DNA of 64,000 bases, taken from Candidatus Altiarchaeota archaeon (lineage in GTDB: Archaea > Altiarchaeota > Altiarchaeia > IMC4 > SCGC-AAA252-I15). The position numbers and the translations under genes were made by a program. Position 1 is the stretch's first letter. Each line of letters begins with the position of its first letter. The stretch is taken from assembly GCA_043800705.1 (NCBI GenBank), contig JAZDMS010000010.1, positions 64,001-128,000 of the forward strand. Direction: 5' to 3'. Below are positions 17,336-27,267 of the stretch, one piece after another. The notes beneath the pieces were generated by a model. The model had not been told where the DNA came from. It made no database searches and worked only from the letters and a program-made list of their open reading frames with translations.

Positions 17336-19612
17336 CGTTTCTTCCGTCTTCGGATGAGGATAACTGCGGCTGCGATGAGGATGTTTGCCGATATCGCAGC
17401 GGCCGTGACTATCATCCCAATCACGGTGCCGCCTGCGGCGAGCCACAGCCAGCCTGGCGTATCCTTATTCTTTGCCCATTCAGGGATAGGCGGCTGCGGC
17501 GGTATCTTGCCTGTGACCCTGAAGTCGTGCTCCATGTAGTATCCCCTCTTTGCCGATTGCGGGTATTCCCTGTTGAAGTCCTCGCTCAGGAAGACGAGCG
17601 GGTGTCCGGTCTTCACCCCTTCGCCGCGTATCACCATGGTGGCGTTGTAGCCTGCCGGGGGGACCCTTAGGTATATCATCCCTCCCATGTTGCGGGTCCT
17701 GTAGGCGTGGGTCAGCTGCGGCTTCCCGGGGAATATGACCTCGACCATGTAGAACGGGACGTCGTTGCCGACCTTGACGTACTGCCCTGGGACCTCCAGG
17801 GGCGTGTGCCTCAGCGGCCGCTGGTAGTTGGATGCGGAGCCGATTGCCATGCCTGGGCGGTACTGCGGCGTCTCGGCCGACAGGTCCACGAACTTCTCCC
17901 CCGTCGTCCCGCTCCCCGTTCTTGTTGGCGTCATCGAAGGGCTCGAAGTCGTCGTATTGCCCGTTGCCCCTCATGTCATCGGCGAAGAAGCCGTGCTTGA
18001 CGAACACGTCGTCGATTGCCGTCTTCTGGTCCGGACGCCTCTTGACGATGTCGTTGTATACGTCGGAGAAGTCGCTGTGGTAGGTGCGAAGGACTGGCCA
18101 GACATCCTTTTGGAAGTCGAGCTCGGCCTGGTCGTCGTCGAGCCTGGCGGTATCCATGTCATGCCGCGTGTATTGCGGGATGTCGATGAGGGGCTCTTCG
18201 GGGTACTCCCTCCTCGTGTATTCGTTGGCCTCCTCCATGTCCGTCTTCCACTCCAGGTAGTTCTTCCACATCTGATCAGGGTTCACATCCTCCCTGTACC
18301 CCTTCTCGTTGTCGATGAGGTCCCATAGTATTCCCGCCCCGGCGTACTCCTCCATCTTCCCCTGCTTGTCCCAGGCCTTGTAGTCGGTCTCAAGGTCGGA
18401 TACGGGCCCGTTGCCGTAGATTGCTATGAGCTGCGACAGGCTCAGCTTGGAGTCGTCCCTTCCGGAGGGGACGGTCTGCCCGTACGCCTCCATCATGGCC
18501 ACCGACATGAAGGATGCGAAAGCCTCCACGTAGGCGTCGGAGGTGCTTGGGTTCATGAATCCGCCGTGGTTCCTCTCCTTCACGTCAGTCTGCCCCTCCG
18601 GGTAGGGCCACTTGCCATAGAGGGCCTGCATCACGTAGTGGCTGAATTCGTGATAAATCTCCATCTGCCTGTCGGGGCTTCCCTGGACGGAGTCCCTGGT
18701 CTGAATGTAAATGTTGCTTTCGCCGTTGTCGCCGTTGTACTGCGCCCTCGGAGCGTTCGGGTCGTCCGGCATGAAGCTGTGGACGTGCAAGGGCAGCTGA
18801 AAGTCCAAGTCCTCCTTGAGGCCGTCGATGTAGAACTCCAGCGCCTCCGTCATGTGCATGTACACGGCGGCCTGCGCCTCGCCGCCGTCGGAGTCCTCAG
18901 CCAGGAGCTTCTCCATGGCCATGTCCCCGTCCGTCCCACCGAGCTTGAACTTGTGGTTCAATGTCGCAGGTTCGGTGTCGTCCTGGTTGTGGACCTGGAA
19001 GTAGGTCCTGCCGTTTCGGACGTATTCGAAGCGGACCTCGCAGTCGTAGTCCTCCCCCGCCTTGCCGCCAACGGCCTCGAACTCGAAGACGCCGTTCTCG
19101 TCGGTCGTGACCTCGACCCTCCCGTCGCCGCAGTACATCCTTACGTACTTCAGCGGCTTGCCGAACGCGGTCATCCTCCCCTTGACCTTGGCGGTATTGT
19201 TGGCCTCGGCTTTGATGGTGGTCGTCGTCTTCTGCCCCTTTATCGTCGTCGGCGGCAGCGGGACCGAGGCCGTCTGCGCATCCTTCTCCCCTGGGCACTT
19301 GTCCTTCGGGTTTATGCACAGGTAGAGGCAACCGGGGCAGCTTTTGTCTTCGTGAGGCCGCCGGCATTCCTTCTCGAAGCCTTTGTCTCCGGAGCAGCCG
19401 GCGTCGCCGCATGCGCTGCAGACGCAGTATCCGACGTAGCTGTAGAATCCGTGTGGGACGTCCCTGCATTTGTCCTGGACGCAGCCTACGCCGGACATCC
19501 GGTCGAACCTGTAGCCTGCGGGGCAGTCAGTGATGGCTGCCAAGGCGGTGCCGCATGATAGGAGCAGGAAGGCGAATGCCAAAGTCCAAGTGCTGACAGA
19601 CAAATCAACCAC
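17332..19612 (-). pseudogene. Secreted, C-terminally anchored Cys-rich HExxH metalloprotein, split by a +1 frameshift near 17900
   Basis: Signal peptide, YHEFSHY; deleting one base of C5 at 17898-17902 joins ...RDDG to EKFVDLS... and a TM+RRRKKR tail. Confidence 0.7.
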
Positions 19613-19659
19613 CCGTTGAATATGTTCGATTAAAACCTTAAAAGGCGCGGGGGAAGGCG

Positions 19660-20265
19660 CTATCTCTTCGCCTGCTTGACGAAGTTCTCGAGTATCCTCA
19701 GGCCCTGGGGTCCGCTCTTTTCGGGGTGGAACTGGGTCGCGAACACGTTCCTGTCCGCCACTACGGATGGAAAGGCCGTTCCATAGCCCGTTTCCGCAGC
19801 AATAACCCCCCTCTCTTTAGGCACTACGTGGTAGCTGTGTACGAAGTAGAAGTATTCGCCGTCCTTGGTGCCTTCGAGTATGGGGCAGTCCCCCACCTTC
19901 GTTATCGTGTTCCATCCCATGTGCGGGACCTTGAGCCCTTTCGCATGGAACCTCTTGCACGTCCCCTCGAAGAGGCCGAGGCCCTCGACTGCGGGGCTTT
20001 CGTCGCTGGATTCGAATATGACCTGCTCCCCGAGGCACATCCCGATGAACGGAGTACCCGCTTCGACGGCCTCCAGGATTGCAGGCTTGAACGTGATAAG
20101 CTTCTCCATGGCGTCTCCGAAGGAGCCGACACCCGGCAGGACGATGGCATCCGCAGTCTTCAGTCTTCCGGGGTCTTCCGTCAACTCGACCTTTGCCCCT
20201 ACCTTCCTGAAGCCGTTGACGATGCTCCTGAGATTCCCCGCCCCGTAGTCGATGCAGACGATCAC
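19660..20265 (-). CDS. hisH: Imidazole glycerol phosphate synthase glutaminase subunit
   Basis: IDYGAGNL, LPGVGSF, GMCLG, PHMGWN, QFHPEKS. Confidence 0.97.
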   Translation of the reverse strand: MIVCIDYGAGNLRSIVNGFRKVGAKVELTEDPGRLKTADAIVLPGVGSFGDAMEKLITFKPAILEAVEAGTPFIGMCLGEQVIFESSDESPAVEGLGLFEGTCKRFHAKGLKVPHMGWNTITKVGDCPILEGTKDGEYFYFVHSYHVVPKERGVIAAETGYGTAFPSVVADRNVFATQFHPEKSGPQGLRILENFVKQAKR

Positions 20266-20297
20266 TGTATATATTCAGTGCCTGCCGGATATTATAT

Positions 20298-21269
20298 ATG
20301 AGCGTACCGCCGCAGCCGCTGCCGCCAGGTGAGGGAAGCGGCCAAAGCAGGGAAGTCCCAGCCTGGGAATATCCGGGCCTTGGAAGGGTGCTGGTGCACT
20401 TCATCAAACGTACAGGCTCTGTCGAAGTCGGGGGAAAGACGCAGGCTCTTGACAACGGCTACGTCGAGGTTAAGGGTCAGAGGTACATCGTCCTGGGAGG
20501 GATCGATGCGCCCGAGGTTGGGATCGAACTTCCTCTAGGGATCAACGCGGTATTCGACAAGTCCTGCGCTGCGATGGGGGATGTCGCGGCCGCTGGGAAG
20601 GTGGCGTTCACTGGGCCTGTGCATGTCAAGTCCGTCTCGGCCTCAAGCATCCAGTTCGCAGGCGATTTAGACTCGTTTGGCGTCGTCTTTGCCAGGGAGG
20701 GGAGCCTGGAGGGGCGCGGCGACGTCAATGCCGGGGACGTGAAGGCAAGGGACAATATCTCCGTCTACGGAGACATCCGGGGACAGCTTGTCATGGCTTT
20801 GAACGGATTCCTGCAGGCGAATTCCATCAAAGGTGAGGCGATACTGGGGAGGCTTGGAATCAATGCCCTCACCGGCGGCATGGGGTACGGCAGTGACAAA
20901 CCCACTGCCGAAAGGCCCAGCTGTATGATCTGGTGCAACGAAGGCAGGATATATTCCGCAAAGGACATCACGACGGGAAAAATATGCGCAGGCCAGGATA
21001 TCCAGACCTCGGATGGGGACCTTACCCTCGTGGGCGACGCGTTCTGTCTGGGGGCGAAGATCAACGGGCGGGTCCTCGACAGCGCAGGGAAACCCGCGGC
21101 CGACAACGTATACTCAAGGTACGCGTGGGAGTGCTGGGGCCTGGGCGATCGCAAATCGAGGATACCTCCGAAGGAGATACCCGAGGAAGAGCTCGTGAGG
21201 AAACTCGAGCATTCGCCGTTCGCCATCGACAGATGGGAAAAATACTTCACCAAATATGAGACCGACTAG
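20298..21269 (+). CDS. Hypothetical protein with Gly-rich beta-helix-like (bactofilin/FapA-like) repeats
   Basis: GDVNAGDVKARDNISVYGDI-type periodicity. Confidence 0.5.
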   Translation: MSVPPQPLPPGEGSGQSREVPAWEYPGLGRVLVHFIKRTGSVEVGGKTQALDNGYVEVKGQRYIVLGGIDAPEVGIELPLGINAVFDKSCAAMGDVAAAGKVAFTGPVHVKSVSASSIQFAGDLDSFGVVFAREGSLEGRGDVNAGDVKARDNISVYGDIRGQLVMALNGFLQANSIKGEAILGRLGINALTGGMGYGSDKPTAERPSCMIWCNEGRIYSAKDITTGKICAGQDIQTSDGDLTLVGDAFCLGAKINGRVLDSAGKPAADNVYSRYAWECWGLGDRKSRIPPKEIPEEELVRKLEHSPFAIDRWEKYFTKYETD

Positions 21270-21395
21270 TCCATTCCCTGGCCACTAGCCGGGCATTGGC
21301 TCTTCCAGTTTTCTGCATCGGCTCGGGGTATCCGACATCGGGGGCCTTACGTTCACCAGAGGCTCGAATAGGAAAACATCATATTAGCCGGAATA

Positions 21396-22121
21396 TCAGC
21401 CTTTGACTGCCGACACGATCTCCTCCAGCCTCTTCGGGTCCCTCTCCGCAATCGTTCCAGTCACTATGACGTCCGCTCCGGCATCTATCGCTGCCTTCGC
21501 GGCCAGTGGGTCCCTAATCCCTCCCCCCACTATCAAGGGAATGCTAAGCGCGGCCTTGACTGCCTTCACCATCTCGGCCGGCACCGGCTTGTCGGCGCCT
21601 GATCCGGCCTCGAGGTAGATACATTCCATCCCGTAGTATTCGGCGGTGAGCGCGTAGGCGACCGCCTTGTCGACCTCCTCTTCGCCTATCCTGTCGACTT
21701 CGCCGACCTTTTCGACCGTCGTCGGCTTCGCGCTCGTCGATATCACGACGTAGCCCATGGGGATGAGCTTGAGCCCGAGCTTCTTGATGAACGGGGCGGC
21801 CTTCACCTGTTCGCCGACGAGGAACCTCCTGTTGGTGCTGTTCATCAGCATCATCCAGTAGAGGTAGTCTGCGTGGCGGCTGACTCCGGCCGCGGTCCCG
21901 GGGAACAGTATCGTCGGCAGTTTGCATGCTGCCTTGATCGCTGCCGTCACGGCGTCCGTGACCTCGTGTCCCGCGGTGGAGCCGCCTATCATTATCGCAT
22001 CGGAGCCGAATCCTTCAGCCTGTGCCGCCAGCTTTCCCGCAGCCTCAGGAGGCTGTTTGTCGGGGTCTATGAGCGTGAAGTGGAGCTTCCCTCCTGAAAG
22101 CCATGATCTCAGAGTCCTCAT
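21396..22121 (-). CDS. Geranylgeranylglyceryl phosphate synthase
   Basis: HFTLIDPDK, IMIGGS, YLEAGSGA, VGGGIR. Confidence 0.95.
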   Translation of the reverse strand: MRTLRSWLSGGKLHFTLIDPDKQPPEAAGKLAAQAEGFGSDAIMIGGSTAGHEVTDAVTAAIKAACKLPTILFPGTAAGVSRHADYLYWMMLMNSTNRRFLVGEQVKAAPFIKKLGLKLIPMGYVVISTSAKPTTVEKVGEVDRIGEEEVDKAVAYALTAEYYGMECIYLEAGSGADKPVPAEMVKAVKAALSIPLIVGGGIRDPLAAKAAIDAGADVIVTGTIAERDPKRLEEIVSAVKG

Positions 22122-22207
22122 ATGTTGAGAAAATAGGTATCTTGGGAAATATATATCTATCCTATCCGCCCACACGGTATAAAAAGGAAACAATACCATA
22201 TCTGTAT

Positions 22208-23164
22208 ATGTCCTCGCAGGGGCCTTTGCAGGTGCCTCCCGGTGATGTCCCATCCCCGGATGTCTCGCCACATGAGCTCCATGAGGCGAAGATGTATGCC
22301 GTCATCAGGGCGCTAGTTCCGCCGGGTCCTCAGGCGCAGGCATATACGGACTATGCGACTGCCAGCTTCACACCTGCCGGGCTTTCCGGCTATCTTGCCA
22401 AGGCTCCCCGGACGGGTGAAAAACCAAAGTTTGTCTTTCTCGATTTTTCATCGCCTGGATATAAGACCGACGAGGTGACGAGCCAGCATAGGCCTGCTCC
22501 TTTTACGCTGGTGCCTATAGCGCTCGCGAACGAGCCCGACGGCAAGGGAACGAATGACCCCCCAGACATCAGGGTAATCATCCAAATACCTGCCGGCATG
22601 GTCGGCCAGGCTCAAAAGGCCTTGGAGGGCAAGGTCTTCGATAAATGGCATGGGTTGGGGCTGCCGGCCACAGGACAGAGCTTGAACTACAACTCGGCAC
22701 CCACGCAGGTGCAGGCATTGGCGGAGCTGAAGGAGAGGGGGGTTCTTTGCGACAAGATGTCTGTCAGAAATCCAAACCCCCAGTGGCCCCCTGAGTACAT
22801 GCGTCAGCTGGCGGAGGCGATGCTCGAGCGGTTGAACGTCGATAAGACCATCCACCCGATAGGGGCCAGCGTCCTCATCGGCCATGAACCCAAGTTCGGA
22901 CTATATCAGCCGCATGAGCAGTTCATCGACGTCTTCAAGAGGACTGCGGCAGAGCAGGGATTCGAAGTGTTCCAGTCCTCGACGCACAACGTCGCAGGCG
23001 AGGGCCGCCCCGCCGAGCTCATGTACCTGCGGCGAAGGGGGAAGCCCCCGGAAAAACAGGCAGAGGAACCAAGAATGGAGAAGCCGCACATTTATGGCGC
23101 CGTAAAGCCGTATTTTGGCGGGAGAACATTAGATGACCTCCTCGGCAAAAAATCAGAGTTTTAG
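22208..23164 (+). CDS. Hypothetical protein
   Basis: Long ORF filling the gap between GGGPS and egsA; no recognisable motif. Confidence 0.6.
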   Translation: MSSQGPLQVPPGDVPSPDVSPHELHEAKMYAVIRALVPPGPQAQAYTDYATASFTPAGLSGYLAKAPRTGEKPKFVFLDFSSPGYKTDEVTSQHRPAPFTLVPIALANEPDGKGTNDPPDIRVIIQIPAGMVGQAQKALEGKVFDKWHGLGLPATGQSLNYNSAPTQVQALAELKERGVLCDKMSVRNPNPQWPPEYMRQLAEAMLERLNVDKTIHPIGASVLIGHEPKFGLYQPHEQFIDVFKRTAAEQGFEVFQSSTHNVAGEGRPAELMYLRRRGKPPEKQAEEPRMEKPHIYGAVKPYFGGRTLDDLLGKKSEF

Positions 23165-23166
23165 GC

Positions 23167-24174
23167 TCAAATCACTCCCGTCTCCTTCGCCACCCTCTCA
23201 GCCTCCTTCGCGCCGAGGCCCTTCCTGAGTATGGTGTACCTTTCCCTGACGCTGTGTGCCGTTGTGAGGGCCTGGATTATCTTCTCTTCCGGTATCTTCA
23301 TCTCGGCTGCGGTCGTCGGTGCCTCGCATTTTTTCAGCGCCGCCTTGACCTTTTGCCAGTCGGCTCCGTGCAGGTGCGCCATCATTATCGTACCTACCCC
23401 GCATTGTTCGCCGTGTAGCGCCGGCCTTTCGCATATGAGGTCGAGGGTGTGGCTGAAGAGGTGTTCGGAGCCGCTGCACGGGCGGCTCGATCCCGCGATT
23501 CCGATGGCGACTCCGCTGGAGATGAGGGCTTCGACGAGTATGCTTATGTTCTTGTAAACCTGGGCGTTCTTCTCCATGATTATCTCGGCGCTCATCATGG
23601 AGAGGGCGCTGGCGTAGTCTCCAAAGTATTCCTTCCTCTCCTCATGGGCCAGCTGCCAGTCGAGGACGGCGGTGTAGTTGGATATTGCGTCAGCGCATCC
23701 TGCGGCAAGGAGCCTCCTCGGGGCCTTTGCGATTATCTTCGTATCCGCGATGACCGCCATCGGGCAGTGGACCTGGACCGTGACCGGCTTGTCGGCCTTC
23801 AGCGAGGCCTGCGGCGACGCGATCCCGTCGTGGGAGGCCGCGGTGGGCATGCTGATGTATGGCACCTTGTTCTCGAACGCGATGACCTTGCCGCTATCGA
23901 TGACCCTGCCGCCTCCGACCCCGACGACGTATGCGACGTCGTCGTCCCTGATCGCGTTGTGTATGTGCCGAAGCTCCGACGCGCAGAAGTCGTTGATGAC
24001 GGTGGCCTTGGCGCCGAGTTCCTCGGCGACGGCGTCGCCGGCTATGTCCCTGGTCGTCGTGTCGCACAGGATGAGCGGCCTGCCTTTGAGGCCGAGTTCG
24101 GCGACGACTTCGTCTATCTCGTAGATGGCGTCCTCTCCGACCAGGACCTTCCTAGGCAACTCGATGTTTTTCAT
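23167..24174 (-). CDS. egsA: sn-glycerol-1-phosphate dehydrogenase
   Basis: GGGRVID, PTAASHDGIASP, SSRPCSGSEHLFSH, LHGEQ. Confidence 0.95.
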   Translation of the reverse strand: MKNIELPRKVLVGEDAIYEIDEVVAELGLKGRPLILCDTTTRDIAGDAVAEELGAKATVINDFCASELRHIHNAIRDDDVAYVVGVGGGRVIDSGKVIAFENKVPYISMPTAASHDGIASPQASLKADKPVTVQVHCPMAVIADTKIIAKAPRRLLAAGCADAISNYTAVLDWQLAHEERKEYFGDYASALSMMSAEIIMEKNAQVYKNISILVEALISSGVAIGIAGSSRPCSGSEHLFSHTLDLICERPALHGEQCGVGTIMMAHLHGADWQKVKAALKKCEAPTTAAEMKIPEEKIIQALTTAHSVRERYTILRKGLGAKEAERVAKETGVI

Positions 24175-24210
24175 TTGTTAAATGTAAAAATCCGTCGTGT
24201 AGGCGGTGTT

Positions 24211-24504
24211 TCACACGCAGTACAGCTGCGCATGCTTCGTCCCGCAGACTTCGACGACTCCGGACTCTTCGATGAGGCCCTGCTCCAGCGCGAATCGGAC
24301 GACTTCGTCGCCGATCAGGTTGGCTGCGGTGGCCTCCTTCATCAGGCTCTTGAGGTCATCGGAGCCGACTTTCTGCCCGCCATAGAACGATTCCTCTATG
24401 TGTATCTCCAGTTCCCCGGATTTCAGCCTTTTGCCGAGGATTTCCGCGTCGCAGCATGCGATGAGGACCTCGCCCCCCCTCTTGTGGACTTTGGCGTAGA
24501 ACAT
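24211..24504 (-). CDS. DUF424 family protein
   Basis: LIACCDAEILGK..ESFYGG..ANLIG. Confidence 0.85.
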   Translation of the reverse strand: MFYAKVHKRGGEVLIACCDAEILGKRLKSGELEIHIEESFYGGQKVGSDDLKSLMKEATAANLIGDEVVRFALEQGLIEESGVVEVCGTKHAQLYCV

Positions 24505-24506
24505 CT

Positions 24507-24929
24507 TCACTTTATCCTGCGCATCGGCCACCAGGCGCCGCAGGCCTCGCATTTCACTATCTTCTGGCTTTCCAGTTCGCTGATCTTGGTGTCGGGCCTG
24601 CCGCATTCGTGGCAGACCACGAATTCCTGGGCGTATGCCTTGATTTTGTCGTCTACTATCTGCTTCCTGAGCTTCCTCTGTATCATCACCCTGCTGCCGT
24701 CCTGTGAAGCGGGGGCTGCGAGCTCTTTGGACAGGAACTTCATGATGTGCTCGACTGGGCGGTTGAAGGCCTGCGCGATGTCGTTGAAGTTCCTTATGAT
24801 CGTCACGTTCCCCTCGTTGAATGCGTCGGCCTGGGGCATCTCGAACCGGTCGTGCTTCTTCAGCTTCTCCGGCAGCCCGCTCCAGACGCGTTCCAGGAGC
24901 TTGTCGTAGTCGTATAGTCCGTAATCCAT
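24507..24929 (-). CDS. eif2b: Translation initiation factor aIF2 beta subunit
   Basis: RFEMP, TIIRNF, CHECGRPDT...CEACGA. Confidence 0.95.
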   Translation of the reverse strand: MDYGLYDYDKLLERVWSGLPEKLKKHDRFEMPQADAFNEGNVTIIRNFNDIAQAFNRPVEHIMKFLSKELAAPASQDGSRVMIQRKLRKQIVDDKIKAYAQEFVVCHECGRPDTKISELESQKIVKCEACGAWWPMRRIK

Positions 24930-25023
24930 AATAGGAAATACATTAGCGCACATGTCAATAAAAGGCGGCGTTCGGCATATATAATGTTCCATTACTTATT
25001 CATCCTACATTCGGGCGTTTTTC

Positions 25024-25851
25024 ATGGTTGCGATGGCTTCTGGGCACGGCGGCGGGGGGCGGCCGGGGAAATCAGGGTTCGAGAGGTTCCTGGGGCCGGT
25101 TCTGCGCCCATGGAGGGCGTTATGCCGGAGGTGGGAGGCATTCCTCGGGCTTCTGCCCGGATGGCTTTCGCCCTGGGTCAGGGATCTGGCCGACGTCGGC
25201 GTGACGGTCCTCGTCGTCATCGCGGTTTTGAAGCTTCTGTTCGGAGCCGACATGCTCGTGCCGCTCGTCGTCGTCACCTCGGAGAGCATGGTCCACGAGA
25301 GCGGCGACATGAGCTGGTCTACGTGGATGACTGACCGGGGCATGTCGCATGCCTTGATATCCGCATTTCCCATGAGCGGCGGATTCAACGTAGGGGACAT
25401 GATCGTCGTCAGGGATCCTGAATCCGGGTTGGGCGACATCATCATATACGAGCGGGACCTGGACCACCTGACCTTTACGAGCAGGGACCCCATCATCCAT
25501 CGGGTAGTGGGTGTCGCGCACGTAAAGGATTACGGCATCTCAGGCGTCGAGGGGACGCTGGACTGCTTCAGCGGTCAGACCCTCCAGCCTTACATCCAGA
25601 CCATCAGGGCCTGCCAGGGGGGGAGGGGATACTGCCCGTATCCGCGCCTGCCCGAAGGCGGCGACTTCAAGCTGTTCATCACCAAAGGCGACCACAACGA
25701 AGGCTCCGACCAGTGCAACAGCAGGCTTAACATCTCATACCCGGTCAACTCCGCCCAGGTCACCGGCCGCGCGTTCATCCGCCTCCCATACCTGGGCTGG
25801 CCGAAGCTGGCGCTTAGCATCATCTTCCGCCTGTTGAGCGGCCAATTATAA
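25024..25851 (+). CDS. Signal peptidase I (S26B/Sec11-like)
   Basis: VVTSESM, GDIII, IIHRV, TKGDHN, PYLGWPK. Confidence 0.85.
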   Translation: MVAMASGHGGGGRPGKSGFERFLGPVLRPWRALCRRWEAFLGLLPGWLSPWVRDLADVGVTVLVVIAVLKLLFGADMLVPLVVVTSESMVHESGDMSWSTWMTDRGMSHALISAFPMSGGFNVGDMIVVRDPESGLGDIIIYERDLDHLTFTSRDPIIHRVVGVAHVKDYGISGVEGTLDCFSGQTLQPYIQTIRACQGGRGYCPYPRLPEGGDFKLFITKGDHNEGSDQCNSRLNISYPVNSAQVTGRAFIRLPYLGWPKLALSIIFRLLSGQL

Positions 25852-25876
25852 ATAGGGCCCGCCCTAGAATACTCCT

Positions 25877-26494
25877 ATGGCAGTGGAGGCGTTCGTTTTC
25901 CTGCGGTCGATGCTGGCCTATTTCGCGGCCTTGTTCCTGGTGTCTTCCAGCGCATTGGCGGTCCATGAGTTCTCCCACATCTACGCCGCGCAGTACATCA
26001 CGAAGGACTGCATATTCACGGAGACAGTCCTTCGGTTCGACGCGCTTGTCATCCGCCGTTCGGGGATGACGTATTTCACCTGCAGCCACGGCGTGAGCCG
26101 GCTGAATCCGCCTACGTTATCGCTCGTTTGGGACGACATAACAATGCCGACTGTTCGGATCGTTGCTGCCAAGCCGGCGGGTATCCCGCAGATCACGAGC
26201 CCCCTGACGACCGGCTGGTTCACCGCCCTCTTCGGGCCCGCCGCCGAGGTGGCATTCGTCGCGTTCATCACGGATTGGCTCACCCGCGCTTCGAAACGGT
26301 TCAAGGGTGCGTGGGTCTTTTTCCTCCCCCTGCTCGTAATCATATACTGGGGCAGCTGGTCGGATTTCGCCAGGGCGAGCCCATCCGGGTCCTCCGGCCT
26401 GTTCGAGGCGTCATATACTCTGGCGTTCATTGTCATCGGCATGCTCCACATATCCTTCAACTTCGAATGCTACAAGAGGGTAGTAGACCTATGA
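25877..26494 (+). CDS. Membrane protein with HExxH (M50-like)
   Basis: AVHEFSH after a TM, LFGP. Confidence 0.5.
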   Translation: MAVEAFVFLRSMLAYFAALFLVSSSALAVHEFSHIYAAQYITKDCIFTETVLRFDALVIRRSGMTYFTCSHGVSRLNPPTLSLVWDDITMPTVRIVAAKPAGIPQITSPLTTGWFTALFGPAAEVAFVAFITDWLTRASKRFKGAWVFFLPLLVIIYWGSWSDFARASPSGSSGLFEASYTLAFIVIGMLHISFNFECYKRVVDL

Positions 26495-27267
26495 TGCCGC
26501 AGGTGCTTCGTCTTCAGGGAGTGTCTAAGGATTTCGGCGACGGCAGGCTGGCGCTGGATCGCGTCGACTGGACGGTGAACGGGGGCGAACACTGGGTCGT
26601 CCTCGGGTTGAACGGCTCGGGGAAGACGACGATACTGCGCATCGCATCCGGCCGCCTCTGGCCCACTTCCGGCGATGTGTCAATCCTCGGCAAAATGCTC
26701 GGCTCCGTCGACCTTCGCAGCCTGCGACGGAGCATCGGCTGGGTGAGTTCGGCCCTCTCGACGAGGATGCCTCCCGGACTGTCCGCGATCGACGTCGTCA
26801 AGTCCGGCCGCTTCGACAGCGTGGGATTGTATGAGGAGACCGGGGAGGGGGAGGAAAATGATGCAAAGCGGCAGATGAGGCTCATGGGCTGCATGTCCGT
26901 TGCTTCGAAGCGGTTCGGGACGCTCTCCCAGGGCGAGGCCCAGAGGGTCCTGATAGCGCGGGCGCTCCTGGCCGCGCCGAGGCTTCTGGTCCTTGACGAG
27001 CCGTGCATCGGCCTGGACATGAAGGCGAGGGAGTCTTTCCTGGAATCGGTCGGAAGGCTAACGGGTTCCGGGCTGACGGTCCTTTTCGTAACCCACCACC
27101 TAGAGGAGATAATTTCCGAGTTCACGCACGTGCTTCTGATGAAGGACGGGCGGGTCATGAAGGCGGGCCCGAAGGGGGAAGTAGTCTCTTCGGAAAATCT
27201 TTCGAATGCCTTCGAGCTGAGCCTCGATCTGGAATGTAGAAGCGGCAGATACTACGTCAGGATTTAG
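26491..27267 (+). CDS. ABC transporter ATP-binding protein (ModF/YlmA-like)
   Basis: GLNGSGKT, LSQGE, LVLDEP, VTHH. Confidence 0.92.
   Translation: MMPQVLRLQGVSKDFGDGRLALDRVDWTVNGGEHWVVLGLNGSGKTTILRIASGRLWPTSGDVSILGKMLGSVDLRSLRRSIGWVSSALSTRMPPGLSAIDVVKSGRFDSVGLYEETGEGEENDAKRQMRLMGCMSVASKRFGTLSQGEAQRVLIARALLAAPRLLVLDEPCIGLDMKARESFLESVGRLTGSGLTVLFVTHHLEEIISEFTHVLLMKDGRVMKAGPKGEVVSSENLSNAFELSLDLECRSGRYYVRI

Noticed and set aside
23449-24909. Long plus-strand ORF of 486 aa and similar antisense ORFs (18566-19558, 28190-29152, 32147-33082, 54925-55815)
   Set aside because: Shadow frames opposite well-supported genes in GC-rich DNA
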